DNA of 64,000 nucleotides from a virus (IMGVR_UViG_3300010356_002264), one strand, 5' to 3'; numbered from the stretch's first letter, positions 9,057 to 16,796 are shown. Made by a program: numbers and translations. Notes: a model not told the origin generated them from the sequence alone.

Positions 9057-9241
9057 TCCCGGTAGACCAAGAGAAGCGCTGTCCTGGCCCAAGTGCGCCG
9101 CAAGGCCCCAAGGTGTCCGGTCGTGCAGCGGGCGCGCATCTGGCGCGGTTGTAGAGGTCGCCACCCCGACGGGGGAAACCCCAGGAAGATGCCCTGGCAA
9201 AGGGATAGTGGTGGAGGTGCCGGTTGGATACCGGCCCGGGA
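9057..9241 (+). ncRNA. tRNA scaffold with very large D-loop and anticodon-loop insertions
   Basis: TCCCGG/CCGGGA, TA, GACC/GGTC, CCACC/GGTGG, AGGT, GCCGG-TTGGATA-CCGGC. Confidence 0.55.
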
Positions 9242-9259
9242 TTTCATGGTTGTGCAGAT

Positions 9260-9345
9260 GGAGGAACCACCCGACGTGGCGACGGGACCTGTCTTGAAAA
9301 CAGGCGAGGTGCAAGCCCTTGGGGGTTCGACTCCCTCTTCTTCCG
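9260..9345 (+). tRNA. tRNA-Ser(TGA)
   Basis: Loop CTTGAAA, long variable arm. Confidence 0.88.
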
Positions 9346-9362
9346 CAAGGTAGAGTATGCAC

Positions 9363-9824
9363 ATGTCCGAAGGAATGCAGAAGCTCCTAGACCTTCTCCT
9401 CACGCGTCCCCCCCTCTCTGAGGACCAAGTCAAGGCTCGCGGCCTCGCGTGGCGCGAGGCCGTCGTTGCGCTCATCGTGACCCTGGAGAACTGGCTACAA
9501 CCGCTAGTCGCCGCGAACGTGGTCACGGTGACCCGCACGGAGCACGACCTACAGGACATGTGGATGGGGTCTAACACCGTGCCGGGCCTCGTAATGCGGT
9601 ACGGGCTCGTCGAGGTCCGATTCGAGCCCTTGGGTGTACAGGCGGCACGCTGCGTAGCTCCTGACATCTTCATGGCAGAGGGTCGGGTCGACATCGTATG
9701 TGGGCCGCACAGCGTTCCCCTCATTCTCAAGGAAGAGAAGTGGTATGCCGTCAGTCTTCGAGGTCGCAGCTCCGAGCTCACGGAGGACATCCTCTCCTGC
9801 ATCCTCGCCGAGATGCTTTTGTAA
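9363..9824 (+). CDS. hypothetical protein
   Basis: Clean ORF between tRNAs. Confidence 0.65.
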   Translation: MSEGMQKLLDLLLTRPPLSEDQVKARGLAWREAVVALIVTLENWLQPLVAANVVTVTRTEHDLQDMWMGSNTVPGLVMRYGLVEVRFEPLGVQAARCVAPDIFMAEGRVDIVCGPHSVPLILKEEKWYAVSLRGRSSELTEDILSCILAEMLL

Positions 9825-9828
9825 CCTC

Positions 9829-9901
9829 GCTGGACGATGCTGTCGTGGGACGGCGCCGGCCTTGTAGCCCGGTCTTGGCGGTTCGACTCCGACGTCCAGC
9901 A
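9829..9901 (+). tRNA. tRNA-Thr(TGT), atypical 8-bp acceptor
   Basis: GCTGGACG/CGTCCAGC, 6-bp D stem with GTGG loop, loop CTTGTAG. Confidence 0.75.
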
Positions 9902-9916
9902 CTCACGATTCACCAG

Positions 9917-9992
9917 TTCGGCGCTCCGACGGAGGAGACCGGGGCGGGTCGCACCTGTCCTCGGCGGGGTGGTTAGAGCCCACCCGCTGAAG
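9917..9992 (+). ncRNA. degenerate tRNA-like RNA
   Basis: TTCGGCG/CGCTGAA acceptor, GGTGG-TTAGAGC-CCACC T-like arm, extended anticodon-like stem. Confidence 0.45.
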
Positions 9993-10025
9993 CCTTGATG
10001 GTTAGCCTCTGATGTTAACCGTTTC

Positions 10026-10352
10026 ATGCAGTGTCGATGGTGCAGGAAGAGTCTCCAGGGTCGGCAGCGGTCGTTCTGCTCTGTCTCGTGCAAGGTCACC
10101 TGGAACGTGACGGAGTGGAGACGCAGGACGAAGAAGAAGGCTGTCGAGTACCTCGGAGGACAGTGCGTCAGGTGCGGCTACAACAAGTGCCTCCGGTCCC
10201 TGGTCTTCCACCATCGAGATCCGGCCGAGAAAGAGTTTCAGATTGCTAGTAGCCACATACGAGGGTGGGAGAGGATTCGCAAAGAGTTAGATAAGTGCAT
10301 ACTGCTATGTGCGAACTGTCACGGAGAACAGCACGAGGACATTCCCAGGTAG
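10026..10352 (+). CDS. HNH endonuclease
   Basis: CVRCG...FHHRDP...LLCANCH. Confidence 0.85.
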   Translation: MQCRWCRKSLQGRQRSFCSVSCKVTWNVTEWRRRTKKKAVEYLGGQCVRCGYNKCLRSLVFHHRDPAEKEFQIASSHIRGWERIRKELDKCILLCANCHGEQHEDIPR

Positions 10353-10417
10353 CTCAATGGCAGAGCACGAAGCTGTTAACTTCGGTTATGGGGGTTCGAG
10401 TCCCTCCTTGGGAGCCA
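10343..10417 (+). tRNA. tRNA-Asn(GTT)
   Basis: Loop CTGTTAA, GCCA end. Confidence 0.92.
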
Positions 10418-10430
10418 GCGACGAAAACAT

Positions 10431-10503
10431 GCCCCTTGTAGCTCACCGGTCGAGCAGCAAGCCGTTAACTTGCCTGTAGTGGGTTCGACTCCCACCGGGG
10501 GCG
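10431..10503 (+). tRNA. tRNA-Asn(GTT), second divergent copy
   Basis: Loop CCGTTAA; one-nt bulge in the acceptor. Confidence 0.8.
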
Positions 10504-10539
10504 CTAAGTAACAAAGCTATGTAGGAACATAGTCACCAT

Positions 10540-10613
10540 GGTCCGGTAGCCAAGTGGTAAGGCACCTGCCTGCAAAGCAGACATCGCCGGTTCGATTCCG
10601 GCACGGACCTCCA
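10540..10613 (+). tRNA. tRNA-Cys(GCA)
   Basis: Loop CTGCAAA, U73-CCA. Confidence 0.92.
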
Positions 10614-10618
10614 AATAG

Positions 10619-10626
10619 TCAGCTCC
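10619..10626 (+). promoter_or_regulatory. TCAGCTCC motif for ATG 10656
   Basis: 30-nt offset. Confidence 0.75.
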
Positions 10627-10655
10627 AGTACGTCGGGTCGCATCAACGTAGGAGC

Positions 10656-10925
10656 ATGAGTCGACAGCTACTTCCGTTCGCGATGTTCCCTCCCGGAACC
10701 AAGGTCCGCTTCAAGGACGCGCTCGACCGCGCCCCGGACTTCACGGTACCGGCCGGGGCGCTCGGTGTGGTGATGGTGGTGGACGAGGAGTTCGAGCGGA
10801 TCGTCGTCAAGGTGACCTCCCCCGAGGTGCCCGGCCTCACGGACGACCCCGAGTGGAAGGGAGAGGTCATCTTCTGCCTCCCCGAGGGGGACGACCCGGT
10901 CGCGGACCTAGAGGTAGTGGCGTAG
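10656..10925 (+). CDS. small SH3-like hypothetical protein
   Basis: Promoter motif 30 nt upstream; FPPGTKVR pattern. Confidence 0.65.
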   Translation: MSRQLLPFAMFPPGTKVRFKDALDRAPDFTVPAGALGVVMVVDEEFERIVVKVTSPEVPGLTDDPEWKGEVIFCLPEGDDPVADLEVVA

Positions 10926-10952
10926 AGTTTAAGCAGCTAGCCCGAGGCATGA

Positions 10953-11059
10953 GCCCCCGCTGGGGCCACGTCGAGGAAAGGAGGACGTCCTGGAGGGCAC
11001 CAGGGCGGGATCGACCTACCTCGACGCCGGTGGGCCGGGTTGAAGTCCCGTAGGGGGCC
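10953..11059 (+). ncRNA. tRNA-like structured RNA with an internal insertion
   Basis: GCCCCC/GGGGGC closure, CGGG-TTGAAGT-CCCG arm, GTCGAGG/CCTCGAC stem. Confidence 0.4.
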
Positions 11060-11093
11060 TCTCTTTCCCAGTATAGAAGCGAGTTCGCAGTAT

Positions 11094-11168
11094 CAGCGTG
11101 TAGCTCAGCCTGGCCAGAGCACGTGCTTGGGGTGCACGGGGTCGGAGGTTCAAGTCCTCTCACGCTGA
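11094..11168 (+). tRNA. tRNA-Pro(GGG)
   Basis: Loop TTGGGGT. Confidence 0.92.
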
Positions 11169-11205
11169 CTCAGTTTTGAACGTCAAAATGTGATAGGTTC
11201 ACTTC

Positions 11206-11829
11206 ATGGCGAAACCTGAAGTGAAGACCGAGGCGATCCGGCTCCGTGTCGAGGAACGGAAGTCCCTCCGAGACATTAAGAAGCTTACGGGCGTGTCGCA
11301 GGGCATCTTGAGTTTGTGGCTGCGCCCCTACCCACTCTCATCTGAAGAGCGGAAAGCGATCGCCAAAGCGAAGCGTGCGCTGCAACCTGATCCAGCCCGC
11401 AGAGATCCAGGACTCGAAGCAAAGGCACGCACGAACCTATGCGGACAGATGACCGAGAGGGATCATAAGGGGCGCGTCGCCGAGATGATGGTTGCGCTTC
11501 GGCTCGCCGAGCAAGGGTTCCTCGTCTATAAACCCTTGTTTGACTGCACGCGCGTCGACTGGCTCGCCTACAACCCAAAGACTGGTACGTACAATCGAAT
11601 ACAAGTCAAATGGTGTAAGTCTCCAAAGACAGGAAGGGCTCAAGTAAGTCTACGATGTAGACACGGAAAATTAAGACGTACATATACAGAATCAGACGTA
11701 GACTACGTTATAGGTTATGATCAATGTACGGACACAACTTACGTATGGTCGATTAGTGAAGTATCTCACATTAAATCCGATATCACCGTCAATGAAAACG
11801 CACGTGAACGATGGGACAAACTGAGGTAA
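11206..11829 (+). CDS. HTH + PD-(D/E)XK homing-type endonuclease
   Basis: KGRVAE...VD...RIQVKW; lower GC than flanks. Confidence 0.8.
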   Translation: MAKPEVKTEAIRLRVEERKSLRDIKKLTGVSQGILSLWLRPYPLSSEERKAIAKAKRALQPDPARRDPGLEAKARTNLCGQMTERDHKGRVAEMMVALRLAEQGFLVYKPLFDCTRVDWLAYNPKTGTYNRIQVKWCKSPKTGRAQVSLRCRHGKLRRTYTESDVDYVIGYDQCTDTTYVWSISEVSHIKSDITVNENARERWDKLR

Positions 11830-11830
11830 T

Positions 11831-11904
11831 CGGGGTGTAGCGAAGCTTGGTATCGCGCCTGATTCGGATTCAGGAGATCGTGGGTTCAAATCCCGCCACC
11901 CCGA
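11831..11904 (+). tRNA. tRNA-Pro(CGG)
   Basis: Loop TTCGGAT. Confidence 0.92.
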
Positions 11905-11906
11905 CA

Positions 11907-12071
11907 ATGGAACACCAAGTAAGTAAGAATCCATCGAGATGGGTTCTCCCCGTCCTGATAGGACTTATTACAGCTCATCTTTGGCACGCATGGGTGTTGG
12001 ATCGGCACGTCGAAGCAATCAACAAGATCCGTATCGAACTGCATAAAGTGCAACAAAACTTGAAAAAGTAG
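11907..12071 (+). CDS. small membrane protein
   Basis: 54 aa; hydrophobic helix plus coiled coil. Confidence 0.45.
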   Translation: MEHQVSKNPSRWVLPVLIGLITAHLWHAWVLDRHVEAINKIRIELHKVQQNLKK

Positions 12072-12075
12072 GTTC

Positions 12076-12149
12076 CCGCACGTAGCACGGTCTGGTAGTG
12101 CATCCGGCTGATATCCGGGAGGTCGAAGGTTCAAATCCTTCCGTGCGGA
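12076..12149 (+). tRNA. tRNA-Ile(GAT)
   Basis: Loop CTGATAT. Confidence 0.9.
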
Positions 12150-12151
12150 CT

Positions 12152-12228
12152 GTGAACGAAGGCGAAGTGGTCGAGCCCCCTGGCTGTGAACCAGGGCTAA
12201 GCGGGTTCAAGTCCCGTCGTTCACCCCA
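12152..12228 (+). tRNA. tRNA-His(GTG), no encoded G-1
   Basis: Loop CTGTGAA, C73-CCA. Confidence 0.9.
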
Positions 12229-12233
12229 CTCAT

Positions 12234-12311
12234 GGTGGTCGTAGCTCAACTGGCTAGAGCGTCGGGCTGTGAACCCGAAGACGAGGAGTTCGACTCTCCC
12301 CGATCACCCCA
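12234..12311 (+). tRNA. tRNA-His(GTG), with G-1
   Basis: Loop CTGTGAA, C73-CCA. Confidence 0.9.
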
Positions 12312-12312
12312 C

Positions 12313-12390
12313 GTCCCGGTAGCTCAGTCTCAGGTAGAGCATCCGGCTGAAACCCGGAGGTCGGCGGTTCGATTCCGCCTCGGGACACCA
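12313..12390 (+). tRNA. tRNA-Phe(GAA)
   Basis: Loop CTGAAAC, ACCA end. Confidence 0.92.
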
Positions 12391-12391
12391 T

Positions 12392-12464
12392 CCCCTGGTA
12401 GCTCATGTGGTACGAGCGTCGGACTGAAAATCCGAAGATCGTGGTTCGACTCCACGCCGGGGGA
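12392..12464 (+). tRNA. tRNA-Phe(GAA), second copy
   Basis: Loop CTGAAAA. Confidence 0.9.
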
Positions 12465-12590
12465 CTAGCGGGCAGGGCGGGACGCGCCGCCTCGCGGTGG
12501 CGTTGGGCTTCGGCCCACCCCTGCCTGCTCCGGGCCGCTGACGGGCCCGTCCGATGACGGCGGAGAAGCGGGATGCCGCGCGCAGCACCT

Positions 12591-12662
12591 GGGGTCGTAG
12601 TGATAGCGGTAGCACGCCTGCATGGCATGCAGGTAGCAGGGGTTCGACTCCCCTCGGCTCCA
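12591..12662 (+). tRNA. tRNA-Ala(GGC)
   Basis: G3.U70, loop ATGGCAT. Confidence 0.9.
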
Positions 12663-12677
12663 CTCAGGTAGACGGTC

Positions 12678-12821
12678 GGAACGTGGGGGCGGTACCTCAC
12701 GCGGGGCGGCTGTAGCCGGCTGGACGAGCATCGCTCGCGTCCCGGGAGGGCTCCTGCGGCGCGGTGGGAGACCACCTGCGGGCGAGCGCGATAGCGCCGA
12801 GCGCTCGGTCCCTCACGTTCC
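12678..12821 (+). ncRNA. putative structured ncRNA
   Basis: 12-bp terminal stem GGAACGTGGGGG/CCCTCACGTTCC enclosing GC-rich hairpins; no credible ORF. Confidence 0.4.
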
Positions 12822-12825
12822 TTTC

Positions 12826-12833
12826 TCAGCTCC
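12826..12833 (+). promoter_or_regulatory. TCAGCTCC motif for ATG 12863
   Basis: 30-nt offset; CGACT at -12. Confidence 0.78.
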
Positions 12834-12862
12834 GGTTCTCGTGAAATTTTCGACTGTCCGTC

Positions 12863-13165
12863 ATGGACGCCAACGAACTCAAGAACCTCGCCGACGGTGT
12901 TAACGAGAGCAAGCGTGCTGAGACGGAGCGCGCGAACCTAGAGAAGGTAAACCAGGTGCTCAGGCGCTGCGAGGATGTGGCCCGCCAGGGAGGCTACAAG
13001 CTAACCTACATGGACTCCTGCCTCAACCCGCAGGTCCTTGGGAAGCTGACGGCCTCGAAGGCGAACAACGGGTTGGGGCTCGTCGTAGTGGACAAGTCGG
13101 ACCGCTCGCGATCGCGCCCCCACTTCAGCTACGAGATCTCCTGGGAGGGGGCTGAGGGTAAATGA
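12863..13165 (+). CDS. hypothetical protein
   Basis: Promoter motif 30 nt upstream. Confidence 0.7.
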   Translation: MDANELKNLADGVNESKRAETERANLEKVNQVLRRCEDVARQGGYKLTYMDSCLNPQVLGKLTASKANNGLGLVVVDKSDRSRSRPHFSYEISWEGAEGK

Positions 13166-13200
13166 AGGTAGTACGTGGCGGCTTGACGCCACCTGACATC

Positions 13201-13276
13201 GCGGGGTTAGCTCATGTGGTAGAGCGCTGGTGTGACACGCCAGAGGTGGGAGGTTCAAGTCCTCCACTCCGCACCA
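13201..13276 (+). tRNA. tRNA-Val(GAC)
   Basis: Loop GTGACAC, ACCA end. Confidence 0.92.
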
Positions 13277-13277
13277 T

Positions 13278-13352
13278 GGGGTCGTAGTGATAGCGGTAGC
13301 ACGCCTGCCTCGCACGCAGGTAGCAGGGGTTCAATTCCCCTCGACTCCACCA
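13278..13352 (+). tRNA. tRNA-Ala(CGC)
   Basis: G3.U70, loop CTCGCAC; body nearly identical to Ala(GGC). Confidence 0.92.
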
Positions 13353-13386
13353 GACAAGTCGCCCACGAGGGCAGAAGGGAGAGACC

Positions 13387-13695
13387 ATGCGCCACAGCAT
13401 CGACAAGTTTCCCGCCTGGAAGAACGCCTCACGGCGGGAGGTCTCGACCCTGTTCGCGCCCTTCAGCCCCTACTGCCTGATGAGCCTGGCGAAGCTCTTC
13501 CGCGGTGAGGACGTGGTGGTGGGCAACTCTGCCCCCGTGCTGGCCCGACGCGACCGGCCCGGCCTGGCCCCCAAGAAGCGGGGCGGCCTGAATGAGCACG
13601 GCCGGTCCTGCTCCTGCTGCAACCCTCGCCAGGGGCGGCCCCGCAAGCCCTACGACCGGGCGCGGACCCCCAGGATCAGCGCGGACCTGGACTAG
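13387..13695 (+). CDS. basic hypothetical protein with CSCCNPR motif
   Basis: SD-like GGAG upstream. Confidence 0.55.
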   Translation: MRHSIDKFPAWKNASRREVSTLFAPFSPYCLMSLAKLFRGEDVVVGNSAPVLARRDRPGLAPKKRGGLNEHGRSCSCCNPRQGRPRKPYDRARTPRISADLD

Positions 13696-13848
13696 CTCAG
13701 CTCCGGCCGTGTGCGGCCTTGACACGACCCTCTGGTCCGAGGGTCTCTGTCATAGGGTGGTTGGCCCCCGCTCGGGATTCTCTGTGGCGGGAAGTTCAGA
13801 GAACCTCGGGCCGCTTCCCTTCAACCTCATGATGCCGCATCATGAGGT

Positions 13849-14265
13849 ATGTACGAGAATACGAAGGTTAAGGGTGAGGCTGCCGAGGTCGAAGTCCTGG
13901 TAAACCTTAAACGTCGGGGTTATCGAGTTTCGGTTCCGTTTGGAGAGAACTCACCTTATGATCTTATCGTCGAGTCTCCATCTGGCATGCTGTACCGGAT
14001 ACAGGTACGTGCTGCGTCGTGGAAGCTGGGACACCTCGTACTATCGCTTAGGTGCGTCAGCAAGAACTACAGTCGCACCCTCGACAGGTCACGAATCGAA
14101 GCTTTCATAGTTTGGGATGGAACGACCTGCTATGTCGTACCTTGTGTTGACACACAAGGATGCGAAACGACATTCTCTCTCCGACGAGACGCAGCGAAAA
14201 ACGGGCAGAAGAAAAAGACGCGGGATGCGGACACCTATGCGAATGCGTTTCACTTGATTCCATAA
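13849..14265 (+). CDS. PD-(D/E)XK homing-type endonuclease
   Basis: TKVKGEAAE...PFGENSPYDLIV...RIQVR. Confidence 0.85.
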   Translation: MYENTKVKGEAAEVEVLVNLKRRGYRVSVPFGENSPYDLIVESPSGMLYRIQVRAASWKLGHLVLSLRCVSKNYSRTLDRSRIEAFIVWDGTTCYVVPCVDTQGCETTFSLRRDAAKNGQKKKTRDADTYANAFHLIP

Positions 14266-14337
14266 GGGCGTTTAGCTCAATCGGTAGAGTGATGGCCTTG
14301 CAAGCCGTCGACGGGGGTTCGATTCCCCCAACGTCCA
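14266..14337 (+). tRNA. tRNA-Ala(TGC)
   Basis: G3.U70, loop CTTGCAA. Confidence 0.92.
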
Positions 14338-14460
14338 CAGGGTTTGCCGGCGACCGCGACGTCGCGACAGAGCGGTTGGGGCGTCCCGCCTAATCGTTGG
14401 GCTACAAGGCTCCTCGCCTATCGCCCCCAGGTACAGTCAGAGGTGCCCTCCCTCACCGTG

Positions 14461-15282
14461 ATGACTGGAGACAACTTCATCCAGGTTCCCACGCTAGCCG
14501 ATGCGTCAGTCGACGTAGTGGTGACGAGCCCGCCATACTGGGGACAGCGCGAGGGCCCAGGGATTGGTCAAGAGCCAGATCCCCGTGAGTACCTACGGTC
14601 GGTCGCGAGGGTCTTCGAGGTCCTGCGACCCAAGATGAAGCATCGGGGCATCCTGTGGGTGAACCTTGGGGACGCCTACAACACCCCGGTGAACTGGAGC
14701 CCTCAGAGCGCGCACAAGTACAGCACGCTTGGCCCACAGCGGGCCGGACTCCCTGCGGGGAATGCGGCCTACGTCAAGCCGCGGGGGACGCGCAGGGCCT
14801 TCGTGAAGCCCGAGGTGCCATGGCTCCGGTATGGGAGCCTCCTGGCGCTACCACATCGGCTCGTCGCCGCCCTGTGCGACTTGGGCTACCTCCTGCGAGG
14901 GGAGGTCATCTGGCGGAAGCGCAACCCACTGCCGGAGGGACGATGCCGCCGGCCGCACCGCCAGCACGAGGTGATCCTCCTACTCGCGCTCCGAGAGGAC
15001 CACGAGTTCCGGGTGAGCCCTCCGGTGGGGAGCGTCTGGGAGGTGGCGAACGAACTTCCCAGAGGGGAGCGACACTACTCGCGCTTCCCCGTCGAGATCC
15101 CGCGACGGTGTATAGAGGCGTACGGGCTCGTGGGAGGTGAGGTACTGGTGCTCGACCCCTTCTCCGGGTCGGGAACGACCGGGATCGCCGCCCGGTCGCT
15201 GGGATGCTCGTTCGTAGGCGTTGAGATCGATCCTCTTCGCGCCGAAGAATCACGTAGGACACTAGGGATTACAGGCGTGTAG
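14461..15282 (+). CDS. N4-C/N6-A DNA methyltransferase (beta class)
   Basis: VTSPPYW precedes LDPFSGSGTT; start uncertain. Confidence 0.9.
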   Translation: MTGDNFIQVPTLADASVDVVVTSPPYWGQREGPGIGQEPDPREYLRSVARVFEVLRPKMKHRGILWVNLGDAYNTPVNWSPQSAHKYSTLGPQRAGLPAGNAAYVKPRGTRRAFVKPEVPWLRYGSLLALPHRLVAALCDLGYLLRGEVIWRKRNPLPEGRCRRPHRQHEVILLLALREDHEFRVSPPVGSVWEVANELPRGERHYSRFPVEIPRRCIEAYGLVGGEVLVLDPFSGSGTTGIAARSLGCSFVGVEIDPLRAEESRRTLGITGV

Positions 15283-15348
15283 CTCAGCGGCAGCAGCATC
15301 GGCCTTACAAGCCGAGGGTCGAGGGTTCAACTCCCTCCGCGCCTACCA
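15273..15348 (+). tRNA. tRNA-Val(TAC)
   Basis: Loop CTTACAA, ACCA end. Confidence 0.92.
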
Positions 15349-15349
15349 C

Positions 15350-15425
15350 GGCCGCGTAGCTCATCTGGCAGAGCGCCTGGGTCACATCCAGGAGGTAGAG
15401 GGTTCAACTCCCTCCGTGGCTACCA
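15350..15425 (+). tRNA. tRNA-Val(CAC)
   Basis: Loop GTCACAT, ACCA end. Confidence 0.92.
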
Positions 15426-15432
15426 AGTTCTC

Positions 15433-15505
15433 GGGTGTGCAGCTCGACTGGTCGAGCGGCGGCTTCATACGCCGATGGTTGAGGGTTCGAGTCCCTCCGC
15501 ACCCA
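15433..15505 (+). tRNA. tRNA with CAT anticodon (Ile2 or Met)
   Basis: Loop TTCATAC. Confidence 0.85.
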
Positions 15506-15555
15506 CTCCATTCTGATGGATAGTTTCAGCGTCCGAGCCGAAAGAACTACCCCTC

Positions 15556-15978
15556 CTAATGGATAGTTCGACGCAGCGCGCTCAGGACGAGGCGGCGCGC
15601 GACGCGTGCGTCGGACGCTGTCGGCTTGGACCGAGAGTTCCGGCCCGGAGCGTCGAGCCACATGTCGGCCGCGCAGTGCAGGGCATCAGGCCCGTAGGTG
15701 TAGGTCGGGGTCCAGTGGGAGACCCGGAGCTTGTCGGGGTCGCCGCCCCAGGCGATGACGTCGTGCCGCAACTTCGGGTCCTGACTGGCCGCCAGAGTGA
15801 TCTTGGCCCCGTGGTCCTTGGGTAGGAGGGACAGCGGCTTGTCCAGCACGATGCGCATCGCTCGACTGAACAGTTCCCGGTGTTTGTCGCTCAGGGGATT
15901 CTCAGGTGGGGGGCCACTCGATCCACCGTCCGAGTAAGGTAGGGTTCGACCGGGACGTCCGCGACGATCATGTGACAC
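15556..15978 (-). CDS. hypothetical protein
   Basis: Antisense ORF inside the array; start uncertain. Confidence 0.45.
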   Translation of the reverse strand: MSHDRRGRPGRTLPYSDGGSSGPPPENPLSDKHRELFSRAMRIVLDKPLSLLPKDHGAKITLAASQDPKLRHDVIAWGGDPDKLRVSHWTPTYTYGPDALHCAADMWLDAPGRNSRSKPTASDARVARRLVLSALRRTIH

Positions 15979-16190
15979 GCGCTGGTCGACATGGACCGCG
16001 GCGTTCGCCTTCTGGGGTCGTGAGTACGATGGTAGGTGACCTGGTGAGGCTTCACGTAGTCCCCGACGTCGATCTTCTGGATGACGTCGAGCGCCTGGTT
16101 CACGAAGCGGAACATCGCCGCCTCGTCTCCAAGCGCCCTGGAGACTTCAGTACCGATGCCAAGAAGGTAGCCGTCGAGAGCGTGGTTCAT
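15891..16190 (-). CDS. hypothetical protein
   Basis: ORF with AGGT SD-like sequence upstream. Confidence 0.5.
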   Translation of the reverse strand: MNHALDGYLLGIGTEVSRALGDEAAMFRFVNQALDVIQKIDVGDYVKPHQVTYHRTHDPRRRTPRSMSTSACHMIVADVPVEPYLTRTVDRVAPHLRIP

Positions 16191-16200
16191 GACACACCTG

Positions 16201-16274
16201 GGAGGTGTAGCTTAGCTGGTCAAAGCAGTGGGCTCATAACCCGAAGATCGAGGGTTCAAGTCCCTCCACCTCCA
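16201..16274 (+). tRNA. tRNA with CAT anticodon (Met or Ile2)
   Basis: Loop CTCATAA. Confidence 0.9.
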
Positions 16275-16286
16275 CCTGACGAAACC

Positions 16287-16490
16287 ATGGCACAGCAAAA
16301 CATCATATACGAGGATCAACTTCCCTGTGTGGGCTGCGGAAGTTCCGTTCCGGTCAGCCTGACGGTCGAGCTTCTTCACGGGGAGAAGAAGGACGTGGCC
16401 GCCAGGATGGGTCGCGAGTGGGAGTTGACGCTAGCTAAGCTAAGCGAGACGGGCGTACGTTGTGACGACTGCCACTCGCAGGAAGTTTGA
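16287..16490 (+). CDS. small Zn-ribbon protein
   Basis: CVGC...CDDC. Confidence 0.55.
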   Translation: MAQQNIIYEDQLPCVGCGSSVPVSLTVELLHGEKKDVAARMGREWELTLAKLSETGVRCDDCHSQEV

Positions 16491-16508
16491 CTGAAGGTAA
16501 CTGATCCT

Positions 16509-16581
16509 GCCGTCGAGGCTCATACGGATGGGCGCCTGCTTGGTAAGCAGGAGGCAGCGAGTTCGAGTCTCGCCGACGGCA
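16509..16581 (+). tRNA. tRNA-Thr(GGT)
   Basis: Loop TTGGTAA. Confidence 0.9.
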
Positions 16582-16584
16582 CTG

Positions 16585-16716
16585 ACTTCGTCCCTCGAGA
16601 AGGCCCTACAAGCCGGTTGGTTCAACTCCAACCTCCCCCACTCTACGGGGGAGACGCCTCGCGGAGAGGCAGCAGACCGTAAATCTGTCACCAATGGTCT
16701 TCCCACTCGACGAAGT
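16585..16716 (+). ncRNA. circularly permuted tRNA-Tyr(GTA)-like RNA, copy B
   Basis: Terminal stem, CCTC/ACTC loop, T arm, closed 7-bp acceptor, D arm, GCAGA-CCGTAAA-TCTGT. Confidence 0.8.
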
Positions 16717-16721
16717 TTCCC

Positions 16722-16796
16722 GCTCCCGTAGCACAACTGGATAGTGCACAGGTCTACGAAACCTGGTTCATGGGGGTTCGAGTCCCTCCGGGAGCA
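16722..16796 (+). tRNA. tRNA-Arg(ACG)
   Basis: Loop CTACGAA. Confidence 0.92.

Noticed and set aside
6852-9362. ORFs in the track that overlap tRNA genes
   Set aside because: They are translations of tRNA sequence on either strand.
10973-10990. GAGGAAAG as the RNase P RNA P4 signature
   Set aside because: It is not followed by TCC, has no 3' partner, and the spacer is too short.
11170-11177. TCAGTTTT as another promoter-motif copy
   Set aside because: Too degenerate and at a 29-nt offset; not counted.
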